Below are positions 12,718-24,183 of a DNA stretch of 64,000 nt, in pieces. Numbering within the stretch: the first letter of the stretch is position 1; the number at the start of each line of letters is the position of its first letter. The translations under genes and the position numbers were made by a program. Below the pieces are notes generated by a model, which saw only the letters and a list, made by a program, of their open reading frames with translations, was not told the origin of the DNA and did no database searches. Origin of the DNA: Synechococcus sp. (GTDB lineage Bacteria; Cyanobacteriota; Cyanobacteriia; PCC-6307; Cyanobiaceae); the NCBI GenBank assembly GCA_047284725.1, contig JBJBEO010000001.1, positions 2,296,203-2,360,202 of the forward strand, written 5' to 3'.

Positions 12718-14527
12718 CCTCGATCAGGGCCATCTCTCGGAACGTGGGCGAGCGCTCCTGCAACTGTTGAAAATCACCGCTGGCAATAATCTTGCCGTTA
12801 GCCATCTCATAAATCAGGTCGCATTTTTTCACAGTGGAGAGACGATGAGCGATCACAATCGTTGTACAGCGGCGGCCAACGATGTCGAGAGCCTGCATCA
12901 CATCATGCTCAGTTTTATTATCCAAAGCACTGGTGGCCTCATCCAACACCAACACCTTGGCGCCACGGAAAAAGGCCCTTGCCAACGACAGTCGCTGCCG
13001 TTGTCCACCCGATAACTTAATGCCATTTTCACCAATCATGGTGTAGAGGCCATAGGTCATACCTGCGACGTACTCTTCGAACTGGGCAGCCTCCAGTGCA
13101 GACCAAACCTGATCATCATCAATATCTGCGGGATCACATCCAAAGGCAACGTTGTCTCGAATACTTCCATCCATCAGGCGAATTGTCTGTGGCACAAACG
13201 CGCAGTTGGCTTGCCAGGCAGGAACCTCCTGATCACTCACTTCAATGCCATCGAGCATCAGCTCGCCGGAGGTGGGCTGAAAAAGGCCCAACAAAAGGTG
13301 GGCAAGTGTTGTTTTACCGCTACCCGTACGACCCACCAAAGCAATCCGAGATCCGATCGGGATTGACAGATTGACATGATCGATCACCGACTTTCCATCT
13401 TGGCTGTAGGCAAAAGAAACATCCTTCAGCTGAATAAACCGTCGCGGCATCACCCCTTCTGCCGTCGGCACTCCATCGGAGGCAAGCAAATAGCGCTCTG
13501 GCTTCAGACTGAGCAGCTCGAGCGCATCGGCGATTTCCGGCAAACCACCGCGCAACCGGTTAATGCTGCGAAACATCGATTGCAGAGGGCCTGAGATACG
13601 AAGTAGAGCGACAAGCACTGCCGACAGAGCAGGAATAGCGCTTCTGATCTGCTCGGGATCACGGCTCAGCAAGGCCGGACCGATACCAACAGCGAACAAA
13701 ATCGTGATTCCAGCAGGCTCAATCACCAGTCGTGGCACATCGGGCAGCAAGCGACCAACGCGGTCATATCGCTTGGCAATCACACCGTCTCGAGAAAACC
13801 GTGAGACAAAATAATTTTCCGCAGAATATAACTGAACTTCGCGCATGGAGCGCAGCGACTCCATCAACAACAAGTTGATTCGTCGCCCATAGCGAATACG
13901 CTGCTTGGTCGACAATCGCAAATAAGGCGTGATCAACTTTGAAGCGAGCACATAGGCCAACAGCATCAGACCAAATACAGCCAAAGCCTTAAGCCCCAAA
14001 ACCAAAACCACCCCAACCAAAAGCGATGCCACAGACACCACATTTCCCGAGATAAGGATGATCGGACTGATCACACCCGTCGAAACACTATTTAAAATAC
14101 GATTAAATTTTTCAGACAGATTGGCAGTGCGTTGACGAATAAAAAACTCATACTTTTGTCGCATGAGGTTGTCATACACCTTATTGACCAGATCATTCCA
14201 CACCTCAGCACTGAGGAGGCTTTGCATCAGGGCCACACCGAAGCGAATACCAGACGCCAACCAAAACGAGCCAATCAGAAGAGCGACCAACCATCCAGAC
14301 TGATCGAGAAAATCACCACCAAAAACACGAATTCCTGGCAAATAATCATCAACCTTGGCCCCAGCCAACAGGCCCACAAGACGGGCCAGCAAGGCCACGA
14401 GAAAGACATCCAGCAATCCCTGGAACAGGGATGCAATCAACACGAAAACCAGCAGACGCACCCGCCTGCGGGGCAACTCTCGAAGCAGCTGACTGAGATT
14501 GCTCCAGGTCTGACTTTGCAAAGGCAT
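12710..14527 (-). CDS. Fused TMD-NBD ABC exporter (PglK/MsbA-like glycan flippase candidate)
   Basis: Walker A GRTGSGKTT, LSGGQRQR, LDEATSALD and IAHRLST; N-terminal TM domain; sits among glycosyltransferases. Confidence 0.88.
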   Translation of the reverse strand: MPLQSQTWSNLSQLLRELPRRRVRLLVFVLIASLFQGLLDVFLVALLARLVGLLAGAKVDDYLPGIRVFGGDFLDQSGWLVALLIGSFWLASGIRFGVALMQSLLSAEVWNDLVNKVYDNLMRQKYEFFIRQRTANLSEKFNRILNSVSTGVISPIILISGNVVSVASLLVGVVLVLGLKALAVFGLMLLAYVLASKLITPYLRLSTKQRIRYGRRINLLLMESLRSMREVQLYSAENYFVSRFSRDGVIAKRYDRVGRLLPDVPRLVIEPAGITILFAVGIGPALLSRDPEQIRSAIPALSAVLVALLRISGPLQSMFRSINRLRGGLPEIADALELLSLKPERYLLASDGVPTAEGVMPRRFIQLKDVSFAYSQDGKSVIDHVNLSIPIGSRIALVGRTGSGKTTLAHLLLGLFQPTSGELMLDGIEVSDQEVPAWQANCAFVPQTIRLMDGSIRDNVAFGCDPADIDDDQVWSALEAAQFEEYVAGMTYGLYTMIGENGIKLSGGQRQRLSLARAFFRGAKVLVLDEATSALDNKTEHDVMQALDIVGRRCTTIVIAHRLSTVKKCDLIYEMANGKIIASGDFQQLQERSPTFREMALIEGD

Positions 14528-14601
14528 GAAGACCGTCAGAGATCAACCCTGCGCAAGCAAGGACAATCCAAATCTGAAGTGACCATAGACCGCCCGCTCC
14601 C

Positions 14602-15684
14602 TCAGGGTTTCCCAGCCACAGGCCAGCCAGGCAACCGATTGACCACCCGGACAAATGCTCGTCGAACGCGGCCCCAGCGCAACTGCCACAACGGCATTGC
14701 CCGCAGGGGAGGTTCCAGCAACAGCGAGGGCATCAACTGATCCAGCTCCCTCAACACCCTCTGCCAACGCGCCTGCAACGCCCCTTCACTGAACTGCTGC
14801 AACCAGGGCTCCAGTTGTGCGACGGGCGGGAGCCACTGATGCGGTGCGATGGCTGCCGCCACAATCCGCTCCACGTCGTAGGCAAGGCTGCCACATCCCA
14901 GTTGGTGACCAAACTCTCCGGGCGTCAAGGTGTCCGCCAAAGCGTGATTGAGGCTGCTGAAGACCACACAACTGCAGGCCATCGCTTCGAGAGGAGGCAA
15001 ACCGAAGCCTTCGCTGACAGCCACGGAACGCCAATGGTCCGCAGAGTCGTAGAGGTAAACCCTGGCGCTGTTGAACAACCCCACCAAGTCATCCACCCAG
15101 CCGTTTTGTACCTCGACGCGCAGCCCACGAGCCCTCAGGGCTGGCACCAACTGATTGAGCACATAGGCACTGCTCTTGCGCTGTTGCACCAAGACATCAA
15201 TGGGCCGTGAGTCCATCGAAGCCCCACGCTCACCGCTCTCCAACCATTGAGACTCCAGTGCATTTGGCACCAGAAACAAAGGATTACGCGGTGCCCGATC
15301 CCCCCAATAGCCGAGGGTATTGCGACTGACCGCCAGCACAGGCACGCCCGGAGGAAGATCAAAGCCATAACCAGTGCTGTGGGCCTGGTAGACCACAGCA
15401 CGTCCTCGCAGACGACGAAGCAGCTGGGGGACATGAAACCCCCAACTCACCAGCCAGAGCGCATCGCCAGGGACCTGCTCCTGCGCCAGCAGGTCGTCCA
15501 AGAACGGATGCTCCAGCTCCCGCTGGCGGTAGGTAACCACCTGCGTAGGCCGCAATGGAGACAACAAGCGTGCCGTCTGCAACGCAACGCTCAAGCCACC
15601 ACAACGAAAACGGGTTCCGGTGCCAGGCACCAGAACCCTGATGGGATTGTTCAGTTGTGGGGACGCCCCGGGAGCAGATGGCAT
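14602..15684 (-). CDS. GT4-like glycosyltransferase
   Basis: CGGLSV near the N-terminus; EGFGLPPLEAMAC motif. Confidence 0.8.
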   Translation of the reverse strand: MPSAPGASPQLNNPIRVLVPGTGTRFRCGGLSVALQTARLLSPLRPTQVVTYRQRELEHPFLDDLLAQEQVPGDALWLVSWGFHVPQLLRRLRGRAVVYQAHSTGYGFDLPPGVPVLAVSRNTLGYWGDRAPRNPLFLVPNALESQWLESGERGASMDSRPIDVLVQQRKSSAYVLNQLVPALRARGLRVEVQNGWVDDLVGLFNSARVYLYDSADHWRSVAVSEGFGLPPLEAMACSCVVFSSLNHALADTLTPGEFGHQLGCGSLAYDVERIVAAAIAPHQWLPPVAQLEPWLQQFSEGALQARWQRVLRELDQLMPSLLLEPPLRAMPLWQLRWGRVRRAFVRVVNRLPGWPVAGKP

Positions 15685-15723
15685 CAGCTCAGAGCCACCG
15701 AACCATGCAACGCAATCGCTTCA

Positions 15724-16437
15724 TCAAGCAGCGGCAGCCTCCGTGCTGCCAGCCCGCTGACGACGGGTAAGGAAACCAAACAACACCTTGCCGATCGCAG
15801 CCACGAGGTTGCCCTCAAGCTCTTTGAACATGTTCATGTTCAGGTGGAAGGCATGATTCGCCTCTTCGACGATGCGATCGGCCATGGCCTGATCGATGGG
15901 CAACTCATCCATGGTTGAGCGATACGTGGTTTTGAAGGCCTTTTCATCAGCGATGTCGTCAAACACGTAAAAACGCAATCCGTCATCTCCATCCATATTC
16001 ATCGCCTTCTGAGCAATGTTCTTCAGGATCTGACCACCCGAAAGATCGCCGAGGTAACGGGTGTAGTGATGGCCTACCAGCAATTCAGGGGATTCTTTGG
16101 CCACAGCATGAATTCGCTCCACATAAGCCGCTGCAGACGGGGATGGCTTGATCTCCTGTTTCCAGTTGGCGCCGAAGTAGTAAGTGAGATCCTGCTCAAG
16201 CGCTTCACTGCGATTGAGCTCCTTCATGCCCACCGGGCCCACCACAGGGTGGTTACCAAGCTTGGCGATCTCTTCCTCCATGGCTGTGTAGACGAAATAG
16301 AGGTCTGCCACCAACTTGCGATAGCTGGACTTATCGACAACACCTTTGAGGAAGCAGCTCACAAAGCCGGTGTTCTCGGCCATGGTGTGCGACTTCTTGG
16401 TGCCTTCACGGAGCTGGGCAGCCAAAGCGACAGACAT
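15724..16437 (-). CDS. ho1: Heme oxygenase (biliverdin-producing)
   Basis: LREGTKKSHTMAENTGF, HHYTRYLGDLSGGQIL and EANHAFHLNM. Confidence 0.97.
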   Translation of the reverse strand: MSVALAAQLREGTKKSHTMAENTGFVSCFLKGVVDKSSYRKLVADLYFVYTAMEEEIAKLGNHPVVGPVGMKELNRSEALEQDLTYYFGANWKQEIKPSPSAAAYVERIHAVAKESPELLVGHHYTRYLGDLSGGQILKNIAQKAMNMDGDDGLRFYVFDDIADEKAFKTTYRSTMDELPIDQAMADRIVEEANHAFHLNMNMFKELEGNLVAAIGKVLFGFLTRRQRAGSTEAAAA

Positions 16438-16510
16438 GGAACAGACCTTGTGGCACAGAACAAGACCTTAAAAGCCATTCCCCGCCAGAAGCCCTTTGGT
16501 TTGCGAAGGG

Positions 16511-16936
16511 TTACGAGACCACGGAGAACACGGTGTGAAGATCACGGCAGATCTGCTGCAAGCGCAGCACCTGATCCGGCTGAGGCAGATGGGAACCACT
16601 GGGCTGCCAGTCCCCAACTGTCGCCAACCGCCACCGCTCACCGTCGTAGGTCATGCCACGCATCAACACTCCCAGCAGTGGAGAGCGCTCTTCCCGTGGA
16701 TCCACCTGAAGACGTAGCTGCAACAAAAGGCTTCGACATTGCAGCCGCGGACTCCACCCAGGGAAGTGAAAGGCGAGGTCGAGGGTTTCCTCTTCCGTCC
16801 ACTGCCGCGTTTGAGGATCGTCCCGCCAGGGGCGCAGATTGGGTTTGGCGGCAGGAAAATGCTGGCGCACCAGCGTCACCGAGGAGGCCAGGGCCTGGGC
16901 CTGGGGCACGCTGTGAATGGCTTCAGCTGCGTTCAC
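16511..16936 (-). CDS. Hypothetical protein
   Basis: 141-aa ORF filling the gap; contains LDLAFHFPGWSPRLQCRS; no function recognised. Confidence 0.7.
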   Translation of the reverse strand: MNAAEAIHSVPQAQALASSVTLVRQHFPAAKPNLRPWRDDPQTRQWTEEETLDLAFHFPGWSPRLQCRSLLLQLRLQVDPREERSPLLGVLMRGMTYDGERWRLATVGDWQPSGSHLPQPDQVLRLQQICRDLHTVFSVVS

Positions 16937-17037
16937 GCCTGGGGTGCCGATGGAATTCAGGATGAAGGCTGTCGGCCCAAATCGCCAGCGGCCGTTACGG
17001 TTGCGACCAAGGTATTCAAATCCTGAGACTTCGCACC

Positions 17038-18363
17038 ATGGCTTGGCGCTCGATCAGCACCCGCCTGGGCCTGTACAGCCTTGTGGGGATTGGTGCCGCT
17101 GCCGTGCATTACGGAGTGCTCGTTGCACTGCGCTTCGTTCTCCCCACCTGGCTGGCCAACCCCCTGGCGTTTCTTGCTGCCTCGGTGACCGGCTATCTGG
17201 GCCATGCACGTTTCACCTTTCGACCGGAGACCGGAGGAACCCACTTCGCCCGCCGCTGGCTGGTCCTTCAATACGTCGTCAATCTCACCGTGTGCGGCCT
17301 TCTTCCCATCGCCCTGCCAGCTGCAGCCCTGGCAGACCTGATCGGATCAAAGGCAGCGACAATGGTGCTGGACAGCATCTTTGTGTTCACGCCAACGGTG
17401 CTCAACGCCTTGATCTGGTCGCGGGCAGCCCGCTTTAGTCAGCGAAGACGGCAATCTGGACAGCGTCCACGCCTCCATGCCGATGACCTGGGATTGAGTG
17501 ACGCCACCAACACCGCCATTCTTGAGCTGATCGAATCAGGCCAACTCGATGGCGCCAGCCTGTTGGTGAACGGACCCGCTGTTGCAGAAGCCCTGAGCCG
17601 CTGGCCCTCGCTGGAAGCACAACGCCCCCATCTGCAGCTGTGTCTCCACCTCTGCCTCACTGAAGGTCAAGCGTGTGCTGCTCCGAACACCATCCCCGCA
17701 CTGGTCAACCACCAGGGCCACTTGCACCTCTCCTTCGGGCAATGGCTGCTGCTCTCACTCCTGCCGCAGAACAACCCCCGCCGACAACGAATCTCCCAAC
17801 AATTGCGTCGGGAAGTGGAAGCCCAACTCAACCGCTTCCGTCAACTGCATGGACCAGGACCGATCAGCCTGGATGGCCACCAGCACATCCATTTAGTACC
17901 GGTTGTCCACAGCACCCTGATGGCCCTGGCGCAGCAGCATCAAATCATCTGGATGCGCAGTACTGCCGAACCACTGCCCACCGGACTGCCCTTGCAAGCC
18001 TGGTGGCAAGCCATTCGCAGCGCAGGTCTGCTCAAATGGTTCGTGCTGCAGATCCTGAGCACGCGCGCCGCAAAAGCTCAGCGCCGTCAGGGCATCAGCA
18101 GTAACAGCGGCTTTGCCGGCGTGCTATTCACCGGCCAGATGGCAGATCAACCTCTAAAGGCCTGCTGGCGGGCACTTTGCAGCAAGTCCATCAGAGCTGA
18201 GTCACCTGACTGGGCTCGAGCTCAGCTTCTGATCCACCCGGGGGCTCCCCTCACAACCAATCTTGTGGATTCGGGTTTTGGCAGATCTCAACCCTTTGCC
18301 GTCTCACCATGGCGCCAGAAGGAATGGAACGCGGTTCAACGCTTGGTGTCACGATTGGAGTAG
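17038..18363 (+). CDS. Fusion of a GtrA-family flippase and a YdjC/ChbG/HpnK-family deacetylase
   Basis: N-terminal 4-TM GtrA pattern (LANPLAF...HARFTF); C-terminal HADDLG, LHLCL, LDGHQHIH and LIHPG motifs. Confidence 0.85.
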   Translation: MAWRSISTRLGLYSLVGIGAAAVHYGVLVALRFVLPTWLANPLAFLAASVTGYLGHARFTFRPETGGTHFARRWLVLQYVVNLTVCGLLPIALPAAALADLIGSKAATMVLDSIFVFTPTVLNALIWSRAARFSQRRRQSGQRPRLHADDLGLSDATNTAILELIESGQLDGASLLVNGPAVAEALSRWPSLEAQRPHLQLCLHLCLTEGQACAAPNTIPALVNHQGHLHLSFGQWLLLSLLPQNNPRRQRISQQLRREVEAQLNRFRQLHGPGPISLDGHQHIHLVPVVHSTLMALAQQHQIIWMRSTAEPLPTGLPLQAWWQAIRSAGLLKWFVLQILSTRAAKAQRRQGISSNSGFAGVLFTGQMADQPLKACWRALCSKSIRAESPDWARAQLLIHPGAPLTTNLVDSGFGRSQPFAVSPWRQKEWNAVQRLVSRLE

Positions 18364-19352
18364 ATGGCCCGAATGAAATAGTGCGGCCTCCCTTTGGCCT
18401 CCACGTAAATCCGGCCGATGTATTCCCCCAACACACCGATGCCAATTAGCTGAATGCCACCCAGAAACAGGATCGCGACGATCAACGTGGCAAAACCAGG
18501 CGCATCCACCCCGGTGAACAACGTGTCGAGCACGATCACCAAGGCATAAATCAGGCTCAGCAGCGACACCACCACCCCGATCACGCTCCACACCTTTAGT
18601 GGCAGCACTGAGAAGGAAAAGATGCCGTCGAGGGCATAACTCCACAACGCCAGGGGGCTCCAGGAGGACGAACCAGCGCTGCGACCCACCCGCTGATAAG
18701 GGAGTTCCACACTGCGATATCCAGTCCACGGCAGTAATCCTTTGGAAAAACGACTCGACTCGCGCAACCGAGTCAGCGCCTCGATCACCGGCGCATCCAA
18801 CAAGCGGAAATCGCCTGCTCCCTCCTTGAGCTGAATCGAATCCACCAGCTTGTTGAAGACCCGATAAAACCACGAAGCACTGGCCACCTTGAGGCGGGAT
18901 TCCTGATCCCTGTCATCGCGCACAGCGGTGACCACCTCAGCCCCCTCACGCCATCGCCAGACCATGGCTTCAATCAGCTCAGGCGGATGCTGGAGATCGG
19001 AATCGATCAGAACGGCTGCCGGACAGTGGCCGCGCACGTAATCCAGGCCGGCCAGCATCGCCGATTCCTTACCGAAGTTTCTGGTGAGCTCCAACAGGGT
19101 GACAGGCGCAGAGCGTCCCTCCTCTTCGTGCCGCTTCTGCCAGGCACGGATCTGATCCACAGTGCCATCGCTTGAGCCATCGTCAATCAAGACCAGGCGC
19201 TCCACCCCAGGCACCACCAGCACCCGCTCGATGAAATGGGTGATCACAGCCTGCTCGTTGAAACAAGCAGCCACGACCCAGACGCCTGGAGGTTGTGCCA
19301 TGGGTTGCGGAGCTGGACCAATCCAAACTGTAGGGATCACCGCCCGAGTCAT
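18336..19352 (-). CDS. GT2 polyprenol-phosphate glycosyltransferase (GtrB/ArnC-like); start 19352 or 19301
   Basis: CFNEQ, IDDGSSD, RNFGKESAMLAGL, DSDLQHPP and GDFRLLD; two C-terminal TM helices; GEYIGRIY. Confidence 0.9.
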   Translation of the reverse strand: MTRAVIPTVWIGPAPQPMAQPPGVWVVAACFNEQAVITHFIERVLVVPGVERLVLIDDGSSDGTVDQIRAWQKRHEEEGRSAPVTLLELTRNFGKESAMLAGLDYVRGHCPAAVLIDSDLQHPPELIEAMVWRWREGAEVVTAVRDDRDQESRLKVASASWFYRVFNKLVDSIQLKEGAGDFRLLDAPVIEALTRLRESSRFSKGLLPWTGYRSVELPYQRVGRSAGSSSWSPLALWSYALDGIFSFSVLPLKVWSVIGVVVSLLSLIYALVIVLDTLFTGVDAPGFATLIVAILFLGGIQLIGIGVLGEYIGRIYVEAKGRPHYFIRAIYSNRDTKR

Positions 19353-19395
19353 AGGCTCAGCCGTACGCAGTTCCGCCGGTCGGCCCTCCTCTCCC

Positions 19396-20820
<1,425 letters not shown>

Positions 20821-20844
20821 CACAGAGACAACCTGTGCCCAAAC

Positions 20845-20865
20845 CCGGCCTTCGCGCCGGCTTTA
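20845..20865 (+). terminator. Possible weak intrinsic terminator after icd
   Basis: CCGGC-cttcgc-GCCGG followed by a short CTTT. Confidence 0.35.
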
Positions 20866-20889
20866 GGTCGTTCACGGCAGACTTTTGTC

Positions 20890-22236
20890 ATGCGTCAGAG
20901 CAGAGAATCTCCAGCCACTGAGGCCAAACACTTGCCGGGGTTACCCAGCAGCAGCACCGATCCGTGCGTGCACTGCGGCTTCTGCCTGCCCACCTGCGCC
21001 AGCTACAGGGTGTTGGGCACAGAGATGGATTCCCCCCGCGGCCGGATTCATGCCCTCAAAGCAATCGACGCTGGTGAGCTGGAGCTCGATGCCACGGTGG
21101 CATCCCATTTCGACAGCTGCCTGGGCTGTTTCGCCTGCGTCAGCGCTTGCCCCTCAGGCGTGCGCTACGACCAACTGATCGAAGCCACACGGCCAACACT
21201 CAACCAACCCGAACTGCGCAGCAGCTGGCAGAGCAGCTTTCGGCAACTGTTACTGCAGGTTCTTCCCTATCCCCGACGGCTGCGAGCCCTGCTGACCCCC
21301 CTGCGGCTGTATGCCGGCAGCCCATTGCAACAGCTGGCACGGCGCAGTGGGCTGCTCAAGCTGCTGGGCCCACAACTTCAAGCCATGGAGGCGCTGCTGC
21401 CGCCCCTGGCCCCCGAGGGCTTCGCCGATCGTTTCCCCCTCATCAACCCCGCCGAAGGCACGCCCCGGGGTCGGGTTGGTCTCGTGCTCGGCTGCGTTCA
21501 ACGCTGCTTTGATCCCGCTGTCAATGCCGCCACGGTGGCGGTTCTGCAGGCCAACGGCTTCGAGGTGGTGATCCCCGCCAACCAGGGCTGCTGCGGCGCT
21601 GTCAGTCATCACCAGGGACAACTGGACCACACCCGTGACTTGGCCAGCGCCTTGGTGGCCAGCTTCCAGGCCATCCCCGATCCGCAGCCTCTTGATGCCG
21701 TGCTCGTGGCCGCCTCCGGCTGCGGCCACACCCTCAAGGCCTATGGAGAGCTCCTGGAGCCGGGCGCCAGCGGATTTCCCTGCCCAGTGGAGGACGTGCA
21801 CGAATTCCTCAGCAACCGCGGCCTGTCGGAGACATTCCTCAGCGCACTGCAGCCCTTGCACCACACCGACGGCACCAGGGCCAGCCAAGAACGGCCTGTC
21901 GCTGTGGCGTATCACGATGCCTGCCACATGATCCATGGCCAAGGCATCAGCGCCCAGCCCCGGCAGCTGCTGCAGGCCATTCCCCATGTGCAGCTCCGCG
22001 AAGCAACGGAGGCGGGCGTGTGCTGCGGCAGTGCCGGCATCTACAACCTGGTGCAACCCGATGAGGCTGCCGCCCTGGGCGAAATCAAGGCCAACGACCT
22101 CACCAACACCGGCGCTGCACTGGTGGCCAGCGCCAACATCGGCTGCACCCTGCAACTTCGTCGCCATCTCAGCGATGACGGCCCGAACGTGTCGCATCCG
22201 ATGCAACTGTTGGCCGCCTCAGCCGGCTTGCTTTGA
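20890..22236 (+). CDS. glcF: Glycolate oxidase-type Fe-S subunit
   Basis: CVHCGFCLPTC, SPRGRI, CLGCFACVSACP and two CCG domains. Confidence 0.88.
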   Translation: MRQSRESPATEAKHLPGLPSSSTDPCVHCGFCLPTCASYRVLGTEMDSPRGRIHALKAIDAGELELDATVASHFDSCLGCFACVSACPSGVRYDQLIEATRPTLNQPELRSSWQSSFRQLLLQVLPYPRRLRALLTPLRLYAGSPLQQLARRSGLLKLLGPQLQAMEALLPPLAPEGFADRFPLINPAEGTPRGRVGLVLGCVQRCFDPAVNAATVAVLQANGFEVVIPANQGCCGAVSHHQGQLDHTRDLASALVASFQAIPDPQPLDAVLVAASGCGHTLKAYGELLEPGASGFPCPVEDVHEFLSNRGLSETFLSALQPLHHTDGTRASQERPVAVAYHDACHMIHGQGISAQPRQLLQAIPHVQLREATEAGVCCGSAGIYNLVQPDEAAALGEIKANDLTNTGAALVASANIGCTLQLRRHLSDDGPNVSHPMQLLAASAGLL

Positions 22237-22246
22237 GCAGCGTGTT

Positions 22247-23704
22247 CTAGGCAGGGCAACCGCCGGGCGTCTCCATCAGCCGCCAGGCCTCGGTGAGGGT
22301 GTCTGCCTCCCCGAGGTTGCCGGGGAAGGTGATCACGGGCAAACCTGTGACTCCACGTCCCTGACAAGCATCACCAGAGGTCCCTGGCTCTGGCGCCTGC
22401 AGTGGCCGCACCATCGACAATCCAGGCAGGAGCTGACCCTCGAGCTGCACCGCCTCGAGCCCCAGCCCCTCCGCCAGAAGGGTGCCGGTGGTGATGCCGC
22501 CTTTGCTGATCACGTAGCCCAGCTGCGGTGCCAGTGCCGCCACAAGACGCCCCATCAACCGAGCCAGTTCGAGGCCGAAGCGCAGGCGACGTGACGACGC
22601 CGCCTGCGCCTCCCCGAAACTCAGTTCCCCACGACTGGTGAACAACACGGGAGTCACGCCAGCCGCAATCATCTGCGCCAATCGGGTTCTCCACTCCGCC
22701 TCCAGATCCGGCAGGAGCCAATCCTGATGCGCCCCCTCCCACACCCGGGCCAGACGGCCCACCGGCAACTCCAGGCCCTCGCACCCGGGCTGAGCCAAGA
22801 GCTGCTCCAGCTGCTGATCGGCCAGGGGCACATGGGATCCCACCACCACCAGACCAGGCAAAACTGCTGTCTCGGCGCGTCGCCGCAAACCCACCAACCC
22901 AGCAGCATCCAGAGGTGGGCCCCCCAGCGGTCGGGGTCCACCGTCCACCAGGCCATTGAGCAGGCTGGCGGCGGAGCGGAACAGGAAGCGTTTGCGGCCC
23001 TGCAGCTGATGGAGGGCGGCCCCAAGAGCCTCCAGTTGCTCGATGCGAGTGGCATCCACCACCACGGGTTGATTGCCCTCGAGCGCCTCAAGCCAGTGGA
23101 GCAGGTCCGTGAGACCTTCCGGGTCACCACCCCTGCGCCCTTCAGCAGCCCGGTCCAACAGCACCCATCCCAGCCGCGTCACCGACTCCTGCGCAATCGC
23201 GCCCCCGCTTTTCTCCTCCAGCCAAGCCGCCAGATCACTGGTGCTGTAGCCAAACAAACGGTCCTGGGCGAAGGCGGTGGTGTGAACGGGGTCCCCGTGC
23301 AGGAGATGCACTCCGTTCACGGTGGTGCGCCCCCCCGGCAGGAACGCAGGCACATGCAACGTGGCATCCACCGGTTCAAAGCGTGCCTGCCAGGCCTCGG
23401 CCAGCACCTGGGGTTCCAGCACGCCATGGCCCCGCAGGGTGGAGTCGCCACGGCTGACCAACTGCACCTGGTCAGGGCGAACCTTTTCCGCAGCCATCGC
23501 CGCAGCGAGGGCCTCCACAATGTCGCGATTGCGTTCGGTGGCCTCAGGCGGCGACAACGCCCGGGTATTCGCCAGCACGAACAGCAAGGGCGAGGGGTGG
23601 CGAAGGCCCTGGCGCAACGTCTCCTGGTCCCAGCGCAGCAGCAACGGACAGCTGTGAACCGTTTGCGACCCGGTGGGGTCGTCATCAATCACCACCACCT
23701 TCAC
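22247..23704 (-). CDS. Four-carbon acid-sugar kinase family protein (DUF1537/YgbK)
   Basis: DDDPTGSQTV, RGDSTLRGH, SKGGIT and FPGNLG. Confidence 0.88.
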   Translation of the reverse strand: MKVVVIDDDPTGSQTVHSCPLLLRWDQETLRQGLRHPSPLLFVLANTRALSPPEATERNRDIVEALAAAMAAEKVRPDQVQLVSRGDSTLRGHGVLEPQVLAEAWQARFEPVDATLHVPAFLPGGRTTVNGVHLLHGDPVHTTAFAQDRLFGYSTSDLAAWLEEKSGGAIAQESVTRLGWVLLDRAAEGRRGGDPEGLTDLLHWLEALEGNQPVVVDATRIEQLEALGAALHQLQGRKRFLFRSAASLLNGLVDGGPRPLGGPPLDAAGLVGLRRRAETAVLPGLVVVGSHVPLADQQLEQLLAQPGCEGLELPVGRLARVWEGAHQDWLLPDLEAEWRTRLAQMIAAGVTPVLFTSRGELSFGEAQAASSRRLRFGLELARLMGRLVAALAPQLGYVISKGGITTGTLLAEGLGLEAVQLEGQLLPGLSMVRPLQAPEPGTSGDACQGRGVTGLPVITFPGNLGEADTLTEAWRLMETPGGCPA

Positions 23705-24183
23705 CGTGGACGCCGCCTCGCGCGCTCCTCGATCTCAATCAGATCAGACCCATTCACTGGAGCGATAAATCCTGCATTGGCCCGCACCAGACATGCAACT
23801 GAGGATTGACTGCGCTGAGCAACATCCAACAGACGCCAGCCCGGCAGCCGCACGCGCAGCCAGGGGCGACCATTCACCACCACCACCGCCTGCTGAAGAC
23901 CATGCTCCGGGGTGTCGGTGACCACCAGATCCCCGTAACGAAGCCGCGCAATCGGTTGATGGGTCGCCAGAGACCGGCAGTGGGTTCCCTCTGGATCAGG
24001 CTCAATCAACAGCCAATGGCGCACTTCGTAAAGGCCGCGATTGCCCTGGGTCTGACTGCTTAAAAAGTCGCCACTGGCTTGGGGCAACGGTGGTTCAGCC
24101 CTCTGAGCCCAAACGGACTGCCCGCAGATCCCCAGAGGAAGCAGAAGCAATCCGTAGACCAATCGGTGCACTCGGCGAGTCAT
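23701..24183 (-). CDS. Hypothetical exported protein
   Basis: Signal-peptide-like MTRRVHRLVYGLLLLPLGICGQSVWA; stop overlaps the kinase start by 4 bp. Confidence 0.6.
   Translation of the reverse strand: MTRRVHRLVYGLLLLPLGICGQSVWAQRAEPPLPQASGDFLSSQTQGNRGLYEVRHWLLIEPDPEGTHCRSLATHQPIARLRYGDLVVTDTPEHGLQQAVVVVNGRPWLRVRLPGWRLLDVAQRSQSSVACLVRANAGFIAPVNGSDLIEIEERARRRPR

Noticed and set aside
14536..14586. 16-codon minus-strand mini-ORF (MVTSDLDCPCLRRVDL) with an upstream GGAG, before the ABC exporter
   Set aside because: Too short to distinguish from chance without conservation or ribosome profiling data
19162..19395. N-terminal extensions in the ORF track (icd, glgP, ruvB, egtB, acpP, psaC, ndhS, lysS, response regulator)
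   Set aside because: They result from taking the most upstream start codon. They overlap neighbouring genes, and family homology begins at the downstream starts used above.
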